A DNA stretch of 64,000 nucleotides, taken from Candidatus Bathyarchaeota archaeon. Its GTDB lineage: Archaea > Thermoproteota > Bathyarchaeia > 40CM-2-53-6. Under the pieces are notes generated by a model. That model was not told the DNA's origin and made no database searches. It saw nothing but the letters and a program-made list of their open reading frames with translations. Location: positions 282,111 through 346,110 of the forward strand of contig CAWIHH010000004.1 of assembly GCA_963835925.1 (NCBI GenBank), read 5' to 3'. Positions 11,125 through 22,315 of this stretch are shown piece after piece. The translations under genes and the position numbers were made by a program. Position 1 is the stretch's first letter. Each line of letters opens with the position of its first letter.

Positions 11125-12663
11125 CTAATCAGACTGTACCACCGGACTGCTTGAAACTTCATGAAAACGGCGGCGCAGCAGGACCTTGTTTATGGCTTCA
11201 ATCATAGCTTCAACGCTTGCAACTACCACGTCTTCGCGTGCGGCAGTTGCAGAAATTGTCGTCCCACTCGCGTCTTCCACTTTTACCAGTGCCTCGGCTA
11301 GAGCGTTAGAGCCGCCCGTGATTGCTTCGAGGCGATATTCTTTCAAGGTTACTTGGATGGCTGGGTCGGTGATTTTCTGGACCGCGCGGATAGCTGCGTC
11401 AACAGGGCCAACACCGGTTTCGGCGGAGGTGAACTCTTTCTGATCCAGTCGTAGTCGCACTGAGGCGGTTGGAATAAGACCCTTGCCAGTCACAACGGCG
11501 AGATCGACCAGGTCCAGCATTCGTTCTCTCTCCCCTGTCTTTCCCAGGACTGCCTCGGTAATTGCAATGAGGTCAGCGTCTGTGACGGTCTTCCCTTTAT
11601 CCCCAATATCCTTGACACGTGTCACAATCTCAGCGAGCTGAGTCCTTGTCAGGGAAGAGCCCTGCTTCCGCAAGTTGGGTCGCAATTCCATGCGCGCCCG
11701 CGTGTTTACCAGCCTGGAACCAACGTTTCCGGCCAACCAATGCAGGATCGTATGGTTCGTATGTTAGCGGCATTTCCGCGATGCCGTGCGTGTGAATCCC
11801 AGACTCATGTCCGAACGCGTTGTCTCCCACAACCGCCTTGTTGGGTTGCAGCCGCACTCCGGTCAAGGTTGCGACGAGTTTCGAAGTTTCACTTAGGAAC
11901 TCCGTCTTGATCCTGCGTGTTTCTATTGCAGAGCAAGTGAAGTGACATCACTAGTTCTTCTAGGGAGGTGTTTCCAGCCCGTTCGCCAATTCCATTCACA
12001 GTCACGTGAGCTTGACTCGCCCCTGCCTCAATTGCAGCGAGGCTGTTCGCCACGGCAAGTCCGAAGTCGTCGTGGCAATGGATGCTGACGGGCACGTTTA
12101 CTGAGGAGACGACTTCCTTCGTTATCTTGGCTATGCTCTGTGGCGATGTAACACCCACCGTGTCTGGGAGGTTCATGCGAACTGCTCCCGATCGTTCCGC
12201 CGTTTTGTAAACGGTCTTTGAGGAATTCGATCTCAGTGCGAGTGGCGTCTTCTGCTGAGAATTCCACAGCTAGATCCACGTTCCTTAGCATACCGAATGG
12301 AATCTGCGATCTGGTCGAGAACCTGCTCGCGATTAAGTTTGAGTTTGTATTTGAGGTGCAGGTCGGAGGTGGCCATGAATATGTGAACACACTTCACTCC
12401 GGAACTCGACACGGCATCAATGTCGCTTTTGCTCGCTCGAGCGAGACCAACTATTTCGCATGATAGCCCAGCCTCTGCCACTGCCTTCACCGCTTCACAT
12501 TCTCCCAGCAGACGCTATGGGAAACCCTGCTTCGATCGCGTCAACACCTAGCTTATCGAGCTGCCTCCCTATCCTGACTTTCTCTTCCGCGGTCAGGGAT
12601 ACTCCGGGAGTTTGTTCTCCGTCTCTAAGTGTGGTGTCGAAGATTCGGACGTTTGCGTACTCA
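11125..12663 (-). CDS. leuA: 2-isopropylmalate synthase, short LeuA/CimA type, broken into at least 4 frames
   Basis: The ATG at 12663 is followed, after a 1-nt shift, by [21 protein letters not shown]. Later pieces carry [21 protein letters not shown] and [10 protein letters not shown], and the C-terminal LeuA dimerisation/regulatory domain lies in ORF 11125-11736. Confidence 0.8.
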
Positions 12664-13698
12664 TGCTGCGATCACTTGGCTCAATTGTCTCTTGACTGCC
12701 ATGCACATTTCGGTGGTGCCTAGCCTCCCTCCAAGGTCAGTGGTAACTTCTCCGGAGGCGATGCATCTTTCCACGGCGTTTCTGATGGCTCGTGAAGCTG
12801 AGACTGTCTCCTTGTGGTGTTTCTCTCGTCCAAGCCATTCGAGCATCATTGCGGCCGAGAGGATATGCGAACTGGGGTTCGCCAAGTTTTTTCCAGCAAT
12901 ATCCGGCGCGCACCCATGGACTGGTTCGAAGATGGCAAAGTGTTCGCCGATGTTCGCTGAGGCCGCGAGGCCGAGACCTCCCACAACCTGGGATGCTTCA
13001 TCTGAGAGGATATCACCGAACACGTTAGTCGTTACGATGACATCAAAGTCCTGAGGATTCCTTATCAGGTTCATTGCGGCCGTATCAACCAGCATATCCG
13101 AAAAGGTAACTTGGGGATATTTTGCAGCTACTTCTTTACAGACAGAGAGGAACAAACCGTCAGTCTTCTTCATCACATTGGCCTTGTGCACGGCCGTGAC
13201 TTTCTTCCTTCGCTCACGTGCTAACTCGAACGCGAATTTTGCAATGCGCTCGCAAGCCCTTCGTGTAATTACTCTCGTCCCGGTCGCTCGATCGTTATCC
13301 GCGGTTTCCAATCCAGAGTAAAGGTCTTCAGTGTTCTCTCTCACAATCACCATGTCGACTGAGGGATTCAGGCAAGGAACGTTTGGGATTGACTTCGCAG
13401 GTCTAACGTTCGCGTAGAGGTCCAATCGCTGCCTTAACCGAACGATGACATCATAGGCTGTTTGCCCCACGGGCCCTTTGAGACAGCAGTCGCTTCTCTT
13501 GATTGTTTCAAAGCTTTTTTCCGGCAGAGCCTCTCCCAGGCTTGCTAAAGCTCGGTCGCCTGCCTCGACTGTGGTAAAATCTACTGAGAGATCGAACGCG
13601 CTGCTGACTTCAGCGAGGACCTGTTTTGTAGCGGCGGATTGTTCCGGACCTATCCCGTCTCCCTCAATGAGAGCAACTCTATACCGCGTCGGGTTCAA
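12661..13698 (-). CDS. leuB: 3-isopropylmalate dehydrogenase
   Basis: Intact 345 aa ORF of the isocitrate/isopropylmalate dehydrogenase family ([27 protein letters not shown]). Confidence 0.85.
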   Translation of the reverse strand: MNPTRYRVALIEGDGIGPEQSAATKQVLAEVSSAFDLSVDFTTVEAGDRALASLGEALPEKSFETIKRSDCCLKGPVGQTAYDVIVRLRQRLDLYANVRPAKSIPNVPCLNPSVDMVIVRENTEDLYSGLETADNDRATGTRVITRRACERIAKFAFELARERRKKVTAVHKANVMKKTDGLFLSVCKEVAAKYPQVTFSDMLVDTAAMNLIRNPQDFDVIVTTNVFGDILSDEASQVVGGLGLAASANIGEHFAIFEPVHGCAPDIAGKNLANPSSHILSAAMMLEWLGREKHHKETVSASRAIRNAVERCIASGEVTTDLGGRLGTTEMCMAVKRQLSQVIAA

Positions 13699-13777
13699 AA
13701 GTAGCCGACCACTGCTATGTTTGCCCCAACGGTTGGGGCGACATCGATCTTTTTATCGCAGTATACTTTTGCCATTC

Positions 13778-14290
13778 TTACATTACCTTTTGAACTATCA
13801 TTTCGCGAGCGAGCGCAACGGCACCCGTTCGCGCAACTTGCATTAGCCCGAAGTTTCTGGCAAGGTTCACGAACGCATTTATCTTATCCGAATCGCCAGA
13901 AACCTCGACAGTCAGTGTATCAGTTGACATATCCACAATGTCCGCGCGAAACGTCTCAATGAACTTGACGACTTCGGGTCTCGTTACGGGGGCCCCAGGA
14001 GAAAGCTTCACCAGCGCGAGCTCACGAACAGTCGCGTTTCTCTCTTCGAGTGGTTCAACCATGTGCACATCCACTAGGTTCTCTATGTTCTTCATGACTT
14101 GGTCGAACCGACTATAGTCAGCTGAAAACGTGAAAGTCATCCTTGACAAGCCAGGCGTTTCGGCAGGACCCACCGCGATACTTTCAATGTTGAATGACTT
14201 TCTGCGAATCAGATTCGTAATTCGAAATAGAACACCCGGCTTATTCTCAACCAGGGCGGATATTATTCTTGGACGGCCGCTCTGACTCAT
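13778..14290 (-). CDS. ilvN: acetolactate synthase small (regulatory) subunit
   Basis: 170 aa ACT-domain protein (ISALVENKPGVLFRITNLIRRKSFNIESIAVGP) that overlaps the end of ilvB. Confidence 0.85.
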   Translation of the reverse strand: MSQSGRPRIISALVENKPGVLFRITNLIRRKSFNIESIAVGPAETPGLSRMTFTFSADYSRFDQVMKNIENLVDVHMVEPLEERNATVRELALVKLSPGAPVTRPEVVKFIETFRADIVDMSTDTLTVEVSGDSDKINAFVNLARNFGLMQVARTGAVALAREMIVQKVM

Positions 14291-16062
14291 TCAACAATCA
14301 TCTCCTTCAAGCCTGCGCCTGGGGGCAACATCGGCAGCACATTTTCTTCTGGCGAGATGGGGACATCGATTACTGTCGTCACAGCAGAGGCGATTGCCTT
14401 CTTGACCGCCGCTTCGAGTTCTGGGAGCGTTTCCACTCGAATTCCTTCAGCACCGTAAGACTCGGCGAGTTTTACGAAATCTGGCGATTTGCCAAGCTGA
14501 ACCGCAGAGTATCGTCGGTTGAAAAAGAGCCGCTGCCATTGAGCCACCATTCCCAACATGCGGTTGTTCAGAATCACAACCGTGACCGGAATGTCTTCCT
14601 CGACGCTGATCGCGAGAGAATTCTCAGTCATTGCGAAACTCCCGTCGCCAGCAACGTCGAAGACCGGAACATCGGGCCTGGCGACTTTCGCACCAAGCGC
14701 TGCGGGGAATCCGAAGCCCATCGTTCCTAGCCCACCTGAGCTGATGAAGGTTCCAGGTTCAATGACTTGAAAGTGCTGCAGGCACCACATTTGGTGTTGC
14801 CCGACCTCAGTAGCGACGATGGCGTTTGGTGGAATGAACCGGCGGAGCATTTTGATTGTTTCGACTCCGCTCAAGTGTGGTTTGCCATTGCCATCGAGCG
14901 CTGTCTGGGCGATTGTCACAGCCTCCTGATTTCGTTTTACCCATGAATTTCGTTCGCCGCTAAGCATACTGGGGTCCAATTCCCGCAGTAGAGTCTGCAT
15001 TGCCCTCCTCGCATCTGCAAGCAGAAAAACGACTGGAGTCTTGTAATTCTTGCCTATCTCAGCCCTGTCTATGTCAATGTGTATGACCTTCGCGTTTGGA
15101 GCAAACTTTTCGATCCTGCCCGTTGTTCTGTCCGAGAATCTCGCACCTATCACCAGAAGCAGATCACATTCTGGTATGAACGTGTTCGTCAGTTCGGAAC
15201 CGTGCATCCCCACGCAACCGAATGAGAGTGGGTGATTCTCTGGAAAGACCCCTTTTCCCATGAAAGACGTAACGACTGGTGCCATTAGTAATTCAGCGAG
15301 AGCTTGGAGTTCGTGATATGCATTCGCTATTCTCACACCGCCTCCAGCCAATATGACTGGGCGCTGTGCACTCAGAACCGTTCGGGCAATGGTTTTCACA
15401 ATTGTGGAATCAGGGCTCGGGAGTGAAACGTAATATGGATAATGAACGTTTTCCGGGAATTCAATATCATCTTCAGTTTGCTGAACATCTTTTGGAATAT
15501 CCACGAGAACTGGCTGGGGCCTTCTAGTATTCGCCAAATAGAAGGCAGCCTTGATCGAGTAGGGCACGTCTCGGACAGTGAGGGGTTGAAAAGTGTATTT
15601 TGTTACTGACGTCGCCATTCCGATGATATCAATTTCTTGAAAACCGTCGGTTCCTATCACGTACGTGGGAACTTGGCCCGTGATTGCCACAATGGGTGAA
15701 GAATCCATATACGCTGTGGCTAGACCTGTCAATAGGTTCGTTGCGCCGGGACCGGAGGTGGCCATGCAGACTCCAATCTTGCCGGAGGCACGTGCATAGC
15801 CATCTGCCATGTGGGCGGCGGATTGTTCGTGTCGAACCAGTATATGTCTTATTTCTTTCTCAGCCCGACTTGGATGACATAGAGCGTCGTAGATGGGCAT
15901 ATTCATCCCACCCGGGATTCCAAAAACAACTTCCACGCGTTCGCGTTTGAGAGCGCCTACGACTGCTTCAGCGCCGGTCATTTTTGTCATATTTAGTCTC
16001 ATCACTAGTTTTCTTACAACCCGCCATCCAATTTGATTGGGGAGCGGGCTATTGAAGGACAA
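14287..16062 (-). CDS. ilvB: acetolactate synthase large subunit
   Basis: Intact 591 aa ThDP enzyme (GIPGG...YDAL, TGLATAYMDSSP, GLGTMGFGFPAALGA). Confidence 0.9.
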   Translation of the reverse strand: MSFNSPLPNQIGWRVVRKLVMRLNMTKMTGAEAVVGALKRERVEVVFGIPGGMNMPIYDALCHPSRAEKEIRHILVRHEQSAAHMADGYARASGKIGVCMATSGPGATNLLTGLATAYMDSSPIVAITGQVPTYVIGTDGFQEIDIIGMATSVTKYTFQPLTVRDVPYSIKAAFYLANTRRPQPVLVDIPKDVQQTEDDIEFPENVHYPYYVSLPSPDSTIVKTIARTVLSAQRPVILAGGGVRIANAYHELQALAELLMAPVVTSFMGKGVFPENHPLSFGCVGMHGSELTNTFIPECDLLLVIGARFSDRTTGRIEKFAPNAKVIHIDIDRAEIGKNYKTPVVFLLADARRAMQTLLRELDPSMLSGERNSWVKRNQEAVTIAQTALDGNGKPHLSGVETIKMLRRFIPPNAIVATEVGQHQMWCLQHFQVIEPGTFISSGGLGTMGFGFPAALGAKVARPDVPVFDVAGDGSFAMTENSLAISVEEDIPVTVVILNNRMLGMVAQWQRLFFNRRYSAVQLGKSPDFVKLAESYGAEGIRVETLPELEAAVKKAIASAVTTVIDVPISPEENVLPMLPPGAGLKEMIVE

Positions 16063-16202
16063 TAACGCCTACGAGTGAAAGGAGAAGATTTGAATTCGTA
16101 CGCTGCGTGGGTGGATTAGTCAAGACGCTCGTAGACCTTGAATTCACGATAAGCCCGAAAAGGCTCTAATAAGTATTATGAGACATTTCGTTTGCTGGTT
16201 GG

Positions 16203-17868
16203 TCATGAGGATTTTGTGTTGGGAAAATCTCTCAACGACTTGGCCTTTGGTGTCATCTTTCTGAGTGCATATGCGTAGCCGTCGACCAATGCTTTCGCAC
16301 TTGCTTCGAGAACATTCGTTGAAGAGGCAACGGTTGTCCACGTTTTGTGCCTGTCAGAGAAATCCACGTATACAGCCACTTTCGCGGCCGTGCCGGCCTC
16401 TGAATCAATCTCTCTGACTCTATATCCAACAAGCATTGCGGAGAATTTTGAACCGAACTTCTCTCGCAGCACAACATGAAGTCCTTGGTCGAGGGCATTG
16501 ACTGGACCGTTGCCGTGAGCAGTGGTTTCAAGAACTCTACCCTTGACCTCAACCGTCAAATTACACTCCGAAAATAACTTTCCCTCCTCGCTTCGTACAG
16601 TTGTCTTCCACGCGACGACCCTAAATGGGTCAGGTTTTCTGCTAAGGGTACGTTGGAAGAGTAGTTCTATTGACGCCTCAGCAAACTCAAGGTTGCAGCC
16701 CTGAGCCTCAAGGCGCTTTACTTCGCGAAGAAGCTCCGGGACATTTCGGTCACTCCTCCCGAGATTAAATCCGAATTTCTTGGCGGCGTGAAGCAGACTT
16801 GACCGCCCCGCTTGAGATGAGATAGTGATTGCGCGCGAATTTCCGAACGCACTTGGGTTAAAGAACTCGTATGCTCTCTTTGCCTTCAGAACAGCGTCAC
16901 CATGGACGCCTGCTTTGTGTGAGAATGCGTGCTTTCCTACAAATGGTTTGTACTGGTCTTCAGGGAGACCGCTCATTTCGTAAGTGAAGCGCGACAATGA
17001 AGCCAGCATGTTGCTCCGAATCTTGGTTTCCACACCCGCGAGTTGCAGATTCGCGATCACTTCGATTAAGTCAGCATTACCAACTCGCTCACCCAACCCA
17101 TTCATCGTTCCCTGTACATGCCACGCCCCCGCCATCACGGCGAAAAGCGTGTTGGCAGTGGCCATGCCGCGGTCGTTGTGAGCGTGAATTCCAATGGGTG
17201 TGCTAACGTGTTCCACTACTCTTCTCGCGGCCTCGTAAATTTCCGGCGGCAGCGACCCGCCTCTGGTGTCGCATAGAACGAGTGTCGAGGCCCCAGCATC
17301 TTCAGCAGCACCTAGAATCGAGAGAGCGTAGTCAGGATCAGCCTTAAACCCGTCGAAGAAGTGCTCACCGTCGAAGATTACTTTTCGTCCATGTGAACGC
17401 AGAAATTTCACAGAATCGTAGACCATCTTTCGATTCTCGTCGAGCGTCGTCCTTAGGACTTTTTCGACCTGGAATCCCCAACACTTGCCGAAAATTGTGA
17501 CGGTTTTGGTCCCGGCTTCGATGAGATATTTGAGATTTGGATCTTCTGAAGAGTCACTCTGTGGGCGGCGGGTCATTCCGAAGGCGGTAACATGTGAGAA
17601 GCCTTCGCCATCCAGAGACTTGGCCAGCTTGAAGAAGTCGACGTCAATTGGATTCTTATCGTTAGGCCAACCGCCTTCAACATAATCAACTGCGGCATCA
17701 ATGAAAGCTTTAGCGACTCGAAGTTTCTGTGTTGAGGTAAAATTCACGCCGACTGACTGATTACCATCACGAAGCGTCGTGTCGTAAACTTCTACGCACT
17801 TTGGAAAATGTTCAGCAAAATTACTTTGCCTGGCGACGACTTTTTCGGTTGACGATAAATCGATCCCT
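16203..17868 (-). CDS. second LeuA-family synthase (citramalate, homocitrate or 2-IPM synthase paralog), long type
   Basis: The 514 aa ORF carries LeuA catalytic and C-terminal regulatory domains. The upstream frame reads ...FAEHFPKCVEVYDTTLRDGNQSVGVNFTSTQKL. The probable ATG at 17868 is separated from the body by a 1-nt shift at an A5/T5 run near 17838. Confidence 0.75.
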
Positions 17869-18018
17869 CATTCAATTTGCCGCCTTTCGCACAACAGCAA
17901 GCTCGCTCCCATAAAAACATTCGAAATGATTTGCGAGTTGTGAAAACTTTGCTCATCTGAATACTACAATGATCTGACGCGGATAACGAAACCTTTCATT
18001 CTTGATTCAAGTTTTTCA

Positions 18019-18480
18019 ATGTCAGACGTAACTGCGAACCTGACCCTACTTCGAAAACAACACGATTTCTGTCTTGATTCATTCAAATTTGACCCTGAAA
18101 TCGAACCGTTTATTTTTCTAAATGCCCATAACGCGTTGCGATTAGTCTTGCACAAGGTTAACGAGAGCATGGTTGCTGACGCGCCTGTCACGGAAGAGGG
18201 CGCGAAAGGGGCAAAAATAAAATGGCTTATCAGCGAGAAGGATGGAGCGCCAAATTTCGTCATGCGGCATTTCTCGGTGGGCGCGGGAGGATTTACACCG
18301 CTTCACGCACACGACTGGGAGCATGAAGTCTATGTCCTCGAAGGACACGGTAAGGTTCGTTACGAGAACGCAGAGGAAAGTATCCATCCTGGAGACGCAA
18401 TTCTAATCCCGCCGGGGAAGAAACACCAGTTTCAAGCTGGCTCGGAAACTCTCAGATTCATCTGCATCGTGCCCAAATGA
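18019..18480 (+). CDS. cupin-domain protein
   Basis: HFSVGAGGFTPLHAHDWEHEVYVLEGHG is a cupin_2 metal-binding motif. Confidence 0.6.
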   Translation: MSDVTANLTLLRKQHDFCLDSFKFDPEIEPFIFLNAHNALRLVLHKVNESMVADAPVTEEGAKGAKIKWLISEKDGAPNFVMRHFSVGAGGFTPLHAHDWEHEVYVLEGHGKVRYENAEESIHPGDAILIPPGKKHQFQAGSETLRFICIVPK

Positions 18481-18928
18481 ATCGTCCGAGCCGCAAATAA
18501 GCAATGACAATCTGACTCCGTGAAACTCATCTGAAAGACCAAGACACGGACAATGCTCGGTTACCTTTCCAGGGCTCATATTCCGCAATCCCTCTGGCGC
18601 AAAGTCAGAGAGTCATCCAGTGCATGGTAATTCGCAGCATCAACAACGCGTTCGAGCACCTTAGACAAGGCGGGTTGCGTTCGAAATGGTTCACACTTCT
18701 CTCTGTGAGAGTTCAGGAATAGCAAGAGCCGCTGTCACGATCCAGTATTTTTCTCAGATGCCATCTCGGAGTGACTGCGCGCATTGCTGCGTCTATGTCA
18801 ACGGTCGCGTCCTCAAAATCGCGATAAGTTCCGATCATCTTGTTTCGGAGTCTTCACTCAATTTTGTTAGCGAGCCTAGCTACGCTTTTTTCCATGTAAG
18901 GCAATGAACGATTACAGTGGTGTAGAAA

Positions 18929-19708
18929 TTGCGAAAAATGTTAATGTTCATTGTCATAGCCAGTTTTATCCTTCCAACGGTTCTAAACGCTAGTTCTGTC
19001 TCTGCACAGCCAAGTCTTATCCCAAGTCCCCCACATCTTGCCTCAGGACAATCTCAACCTGGAGCGTTGATTCTTTCTCCAATTTCGGTATATGACCCGT
19101 GGAGGCCTGAGGATCTAGTGGGCATTCAAAACGCTTTGACGCAGGCGGGTTACAGTATAACGGATCTTGAGAATACGGCCGTGACTCTGGATGTGCTTAC
19201 GACGCAGATGAATAACTATCAGGTAGTAATTTGGAGGAGTAACGTGTACGAGCATAATCACATTACATACTTCTACGTGGGCCAATTGAACGATCCGACA
19301 ACTCAACTGTCCTACGCCTCGGATTTCGCCTCGGGTTATCTTGACGCTTCACACGGGATTCTGGGTGCGAGCGTTAGTTTCTTCAGCAACCACTTCGGGC
19401 AGAACTCTCTCTCCAACATTAAAGTGATGATGCTGATCTCGAGCGACTCGGATTCCATAGCCAGCATATACCTAAGTGCGGGCGCCCAGTCGATCGTCGA
19501 TTTCACAGGCATCTTCTCCCTAGAGTTCGGCACGGCAGACGATTTAGCGTACGGTATTTTCGCGTATCTCGCGCAGGGCAATAGCGTAGCTAACTCCGTT
19601 TCAAATACAATACAACCATTTCAGAACATGGTGCTAGAAGACCCCCTGGACAGTTTGAACCTGCCAAGCGTTGCCTACAGCGGAAACAGCGCAATAACGA
19701 TCCTCTAA
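18929..19708 (+). CDS. secreted hypothetical protein (259 aa)
   Basis: The N-terminal signal peptide is MRKMLMFIVIASFILPTVLNASSVSAQ. No family was recognised. Confidence 0.5.
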   Translation: MRKMLMFIVIASFILPTVLNASSVSAQPSLIPSPPHLASGQSQPGALILSPISVYDPWRPEDLVGIQNALTQAGYSITDLENTAVTLDVLTTQMNNYQVVIWRSNVYEHNHITYFYVGQLNDPTTQLSYASDFASGYLDASHGILGASVSFFSNHFGQNSLSNIKVMMLISSDSDSIASIYLSAGAQSIVDFTGIFSLEFGTADDLAYGIFAYLAQGNSVANSVSNTIQPFQNMVLEDPLDSLNLPSVAYSGNSAITIL

Positions 19709-19908
19709 CATGCACCCAGAACTTCCATCAGATAGCATGCGATCTATGCCTTCCCCAATTCCTTCTTTTTTTCACTTCTGACCTTCACGAAAAATCAGAT
19801 TCTCTGCAAGACTTCAATTAAAGTCGAAGCATCCTGGTAAGCCCCATTTTCAAATCGTCGTTCAGCAGTCTTTATCATTTCGCCTCACGAGACCTAGCGC
19901 GAAGAATC

Positions 19909-20166
19909 ATGCTATTGATCATCGGTCTGTCTTCTGATGCCGACCCGTTCCCCTTAGATGCTTTGACCCAAGTGGATGCAGCTTTAGCTTCTGCGGGTTA
20001 CAAGAAGGAAGTTCGCTCGGTCCTTAAGCCGGGAAGGGAGTTCTCGGTAACATATGATGGCCCGACCGCTGAGAAGAGCCGTATCAATGGCCTTTTGAAG
20101 TCCATTGCGGAAGAAAATGGAATTACTTTCACCATTGAAATGGAAGAGTCCGTGAGATTTCCCTAA
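19909..20166 (+). CDS. small hypothetical protein (85 aa) upstream of the actin cluster
   Basis: ORF track entry with no recognised motif. Confidence 0.3.
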   Translation: MLLIIGLSSDADPFPLDALTQVDAALASAGYKKEVRSVLKPGREFSVTYDGPTAEKSRINGLLKSIAEENGITFTIEMEESVRFP

Positions 20167-20273
20167 CGCCTCTCTGAGTCTCGCCGATTTGCTGCCAATC
20201 AAGCGTTTAGTTTCACTTGGGTCAGAGGCATCGTAGTGGCCCTGGCGTCCATTAAATCGGCAATTCGGGTCCG

Positions 20274-20486
20274 TTGATTTGTATCGTTGTTTGCATGGTG
20301 AACTGTCTGATGCTTGAGGGATTTGCGAAAATAATTTTACCAACACGAAGTGACCGCAGCAAAACCGGCATTCTATACATCCCCGCAGATGTTGTCAAGG
20401 ATTCATCGTTTCCCTTCGACCCAGATCAGGAAGTCATGATTCGAATTGACGGCAAACGTCTCATCATAGAGGGTGCCAGAGCATGA
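20274..20486 (+). CDS. small AbrB/SpoVT-like (swapped-hairpin) putative DNA-binding protein
   Basis: The likely start is the ATG at 20310 (MLEGFAKIILPTRSDRSKTGILYIPADVVKDSSFPFDPDQEVMIRIDGKRLIIE). The pattern resembles AbrB/MazE/SpoVT domains. Its stop overlaps the start of the actin gene (ATGA). Confidence 0.35.
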   Translation: MICIVVCMVNCLMLEGFAKIILPTRSDRSKTGILYIPADVVKDSSFPFDPDQEVMIRIDGKRLIIEGARA

Positions 20487-21760
20487 GCGCGACTGACAAC
20501 TATAGAAGCCATTACACGTTTGCAATGGACTTCGGAACGAGCGACTTCAAGTTCGGGCCGATCACGTGTGGAGAGAATCCCCGGATAGTAAACAATCGTG
20601 GGTACTTCCCCGACAAGAAATCAGTCATGTACAAAGCCTTCGAGGCCGCAGCCGATGTGATCGTTGGAGATGATATTCCACTCTACCTGCAGTCCAACGA
20701 AGATCTTTCCACTCGTCTGGTGTATCCGATGCGTAACGGAGTTATCGAGAAGGGAGATGAAAACGCCTGGCGAGTAGTGAGTGCGCTCTCAGAATTCGGT
20801 TTAACTTCATTTGAACCCGAACCGAACAATGGCTTCCAAGGATACTATGTTGTCGCTTCACTCTCATCCGTATCCCCACGCTACATGTACGAGCAGTTTC
20901 TGGAGATCTTCAAAGAGAACAACAGCGAACGGCGCTGTTCGAGCCGTCACGGTTATCCCACAACCATTCGCAGTAGCGATAGGGCACGGAGTGACAACCT
21001 GCGTAGTAATAGAATCTGGACATGGAAATAGCCAAGTCTGCCCGATATCAAAATACCCAATTCGCGCAGCCCAAGTCGCATTGAACCGGGGTGGAGGCGA
21101 CGCAAATGCAATCACATCAGAGATCCTAAAAGACGCTGGATATGCGGACCTCGCCAATGAAGAAGCTCTCGTCAGAAAGGTCAAGGAAAGCATCGGACTC
21201 GTTCCTTTAGACCTAGACACAGCAATGCAAGAAGCCAGGAAAGCACCTAGAAGGTTCAGAGCCAAATACAAGGTTCCAGGAACCCGCGTCGAAATCGATC
21301 TTGAGAAGGATTCATGGTCTCGATTTCTATAGGCGAATATGTCTTCAATCCAAACCATGAGATTTTCGAAAGCTACTTCGGTCGAGGAATGCCTAGACCA
21401 AAAGATGTCAAGATGGGGGACACAATTTTCCGAGGCATGCTGGATTTCGGAGATGCCATAATCGCGTCCGTCGAACGTTGCCCAGTCGAACTTCAACCTT
21501 TACTCTACCGCGAGATACTTCTGTCCGGGGGCAACTTCAGCTGGACCGTTCCCGAGCGCCTAGAAGATGTTGCAGTTGACGCTCCGACAAAAATAAAATC
21601 ACTACTAAGAGAGAAAGGAATCAAGAACGTCACTATCAAGATGACCCAATCACCTCAGTACTCGGTCTGGCACGGTTGCATAATCTACGGCTTCGCTGTT
21701 CCCGAGGAATATGAATGGGATTGGCAACGACTTGAAGGGTGGATGAAACTCAGTGGTTAG
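20483..21760 (+). CDS. crenactin-like actin-family ATPase, split into 3 ORFs by 2 frameshifts
   Basis: Actin-fold motifs appear in order. Phosphate-1 is FAMDFGTSDFKFGP. Phosphate-2 is VVIESGHGNSQV. ALNRGGGDANAITSEILKDAGY matches actin LDLAGRDLTDYLMKIL. The adenosine motif is ILLSGGNFSWTV. SPQYSVWHGCIIYGF matches actin KYSVWIGGSILAS. Confidence 0.8.
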
Positions 21761-21761
21761 C

Positions 21762-22074
21762 CTTCCAATACGAAGAACGACTGCTTCACTATTTCCTTGC
21801 GATGGGCGCGCAACCCCTTGAACCGATCCAGAACTCCGCCCCGGGGCTAACACTGAGTCTCGGCTCCGAAAAGTCCATGTTGCAATCCTGAAAAACGATG
21901 CGTTTCTCCAGAGAGGCAAGATCCTAGAAGCAATAATGAACCTAGCGTCTCTGAGAGATACAGTGAACCAACTATATCTTGCCGCACCTCGACTACTCGG
22001 GACAACAATTGATGCCGAAGTGTTCCGATCACACGGAATAGGTTTACTGCTCTTTGACGATCAGGAGAATTGAT
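21762..22074 (+). CDS. hypothetical small protein immediately downstream of and overlapping the actin stop (frameshifted)
   Basis: Two frames join to give ...VDETQWLAFQYEERLLHYFLAMGAQPLEP.../...KVHVAILKNDAFLQRGKILEAIMNLASLRDTVNQLYLAAPRLLGTTIDAEVF. No standard start codon is visible and the gene model is uncertain. Confidence 0.25.
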
Positions 22075-22315
22075 GAAACAGTTGCGCCGCAATCGATTCA
22101 CTTACCATCACCCGGAACCGATGGTCCTGAGAAGCTTGATCCTGGCTGTGGTGGCTGAAGTTGCGACATTGAAGTCGATGTATTCGGAGATGGAGAGAAC
22201 AGTCTCTAGACTCCGCGAAGATCTCAAGAGTTTCCAAGAGACTATTGGCTCACTGCACCATCAGTCTGAGAGAATTCCTGAACCGCCAATCTTCCACGGA
22301 ACCGAAATTTGCTGA
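22070..22315 (+). CDS. hypothetical coiled-coil protein (81 aa)
   Basis: ORF track entry. Its start overlaps the previous ORF stop (TTGATGA), and a predicted amphipathic helix (EVATLKSMYSEMERTVSRLREDLKSFQETIGSL) is present. Confidence 0.3.
   Translation: MMKQLRRNRFTYHHPEPMVLRSLILAVVAEVATLKSMYSEMERTVSRLREDLKSFQETIGSLHHQSERIPEPPIFHGTEIC

Noticed and set aside
9374-12663. ilvD and leuA as genuine pseudogenes
   Set aside because: Frame breaks of the same kind also hit TFB, sdhA, hppA and other essential genes. Read as a whole, the pattern is sequence error rather than decay of this pathway.
16144-16552. Minus-strand ORFs 16144-16341 and 16253-16552 at the 3' end of the LeuA paralog
   Set aside because: They are overlapping alternative frames of the 16203-17868 gene. 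LeuA C-terminal homology continues in the main frame.
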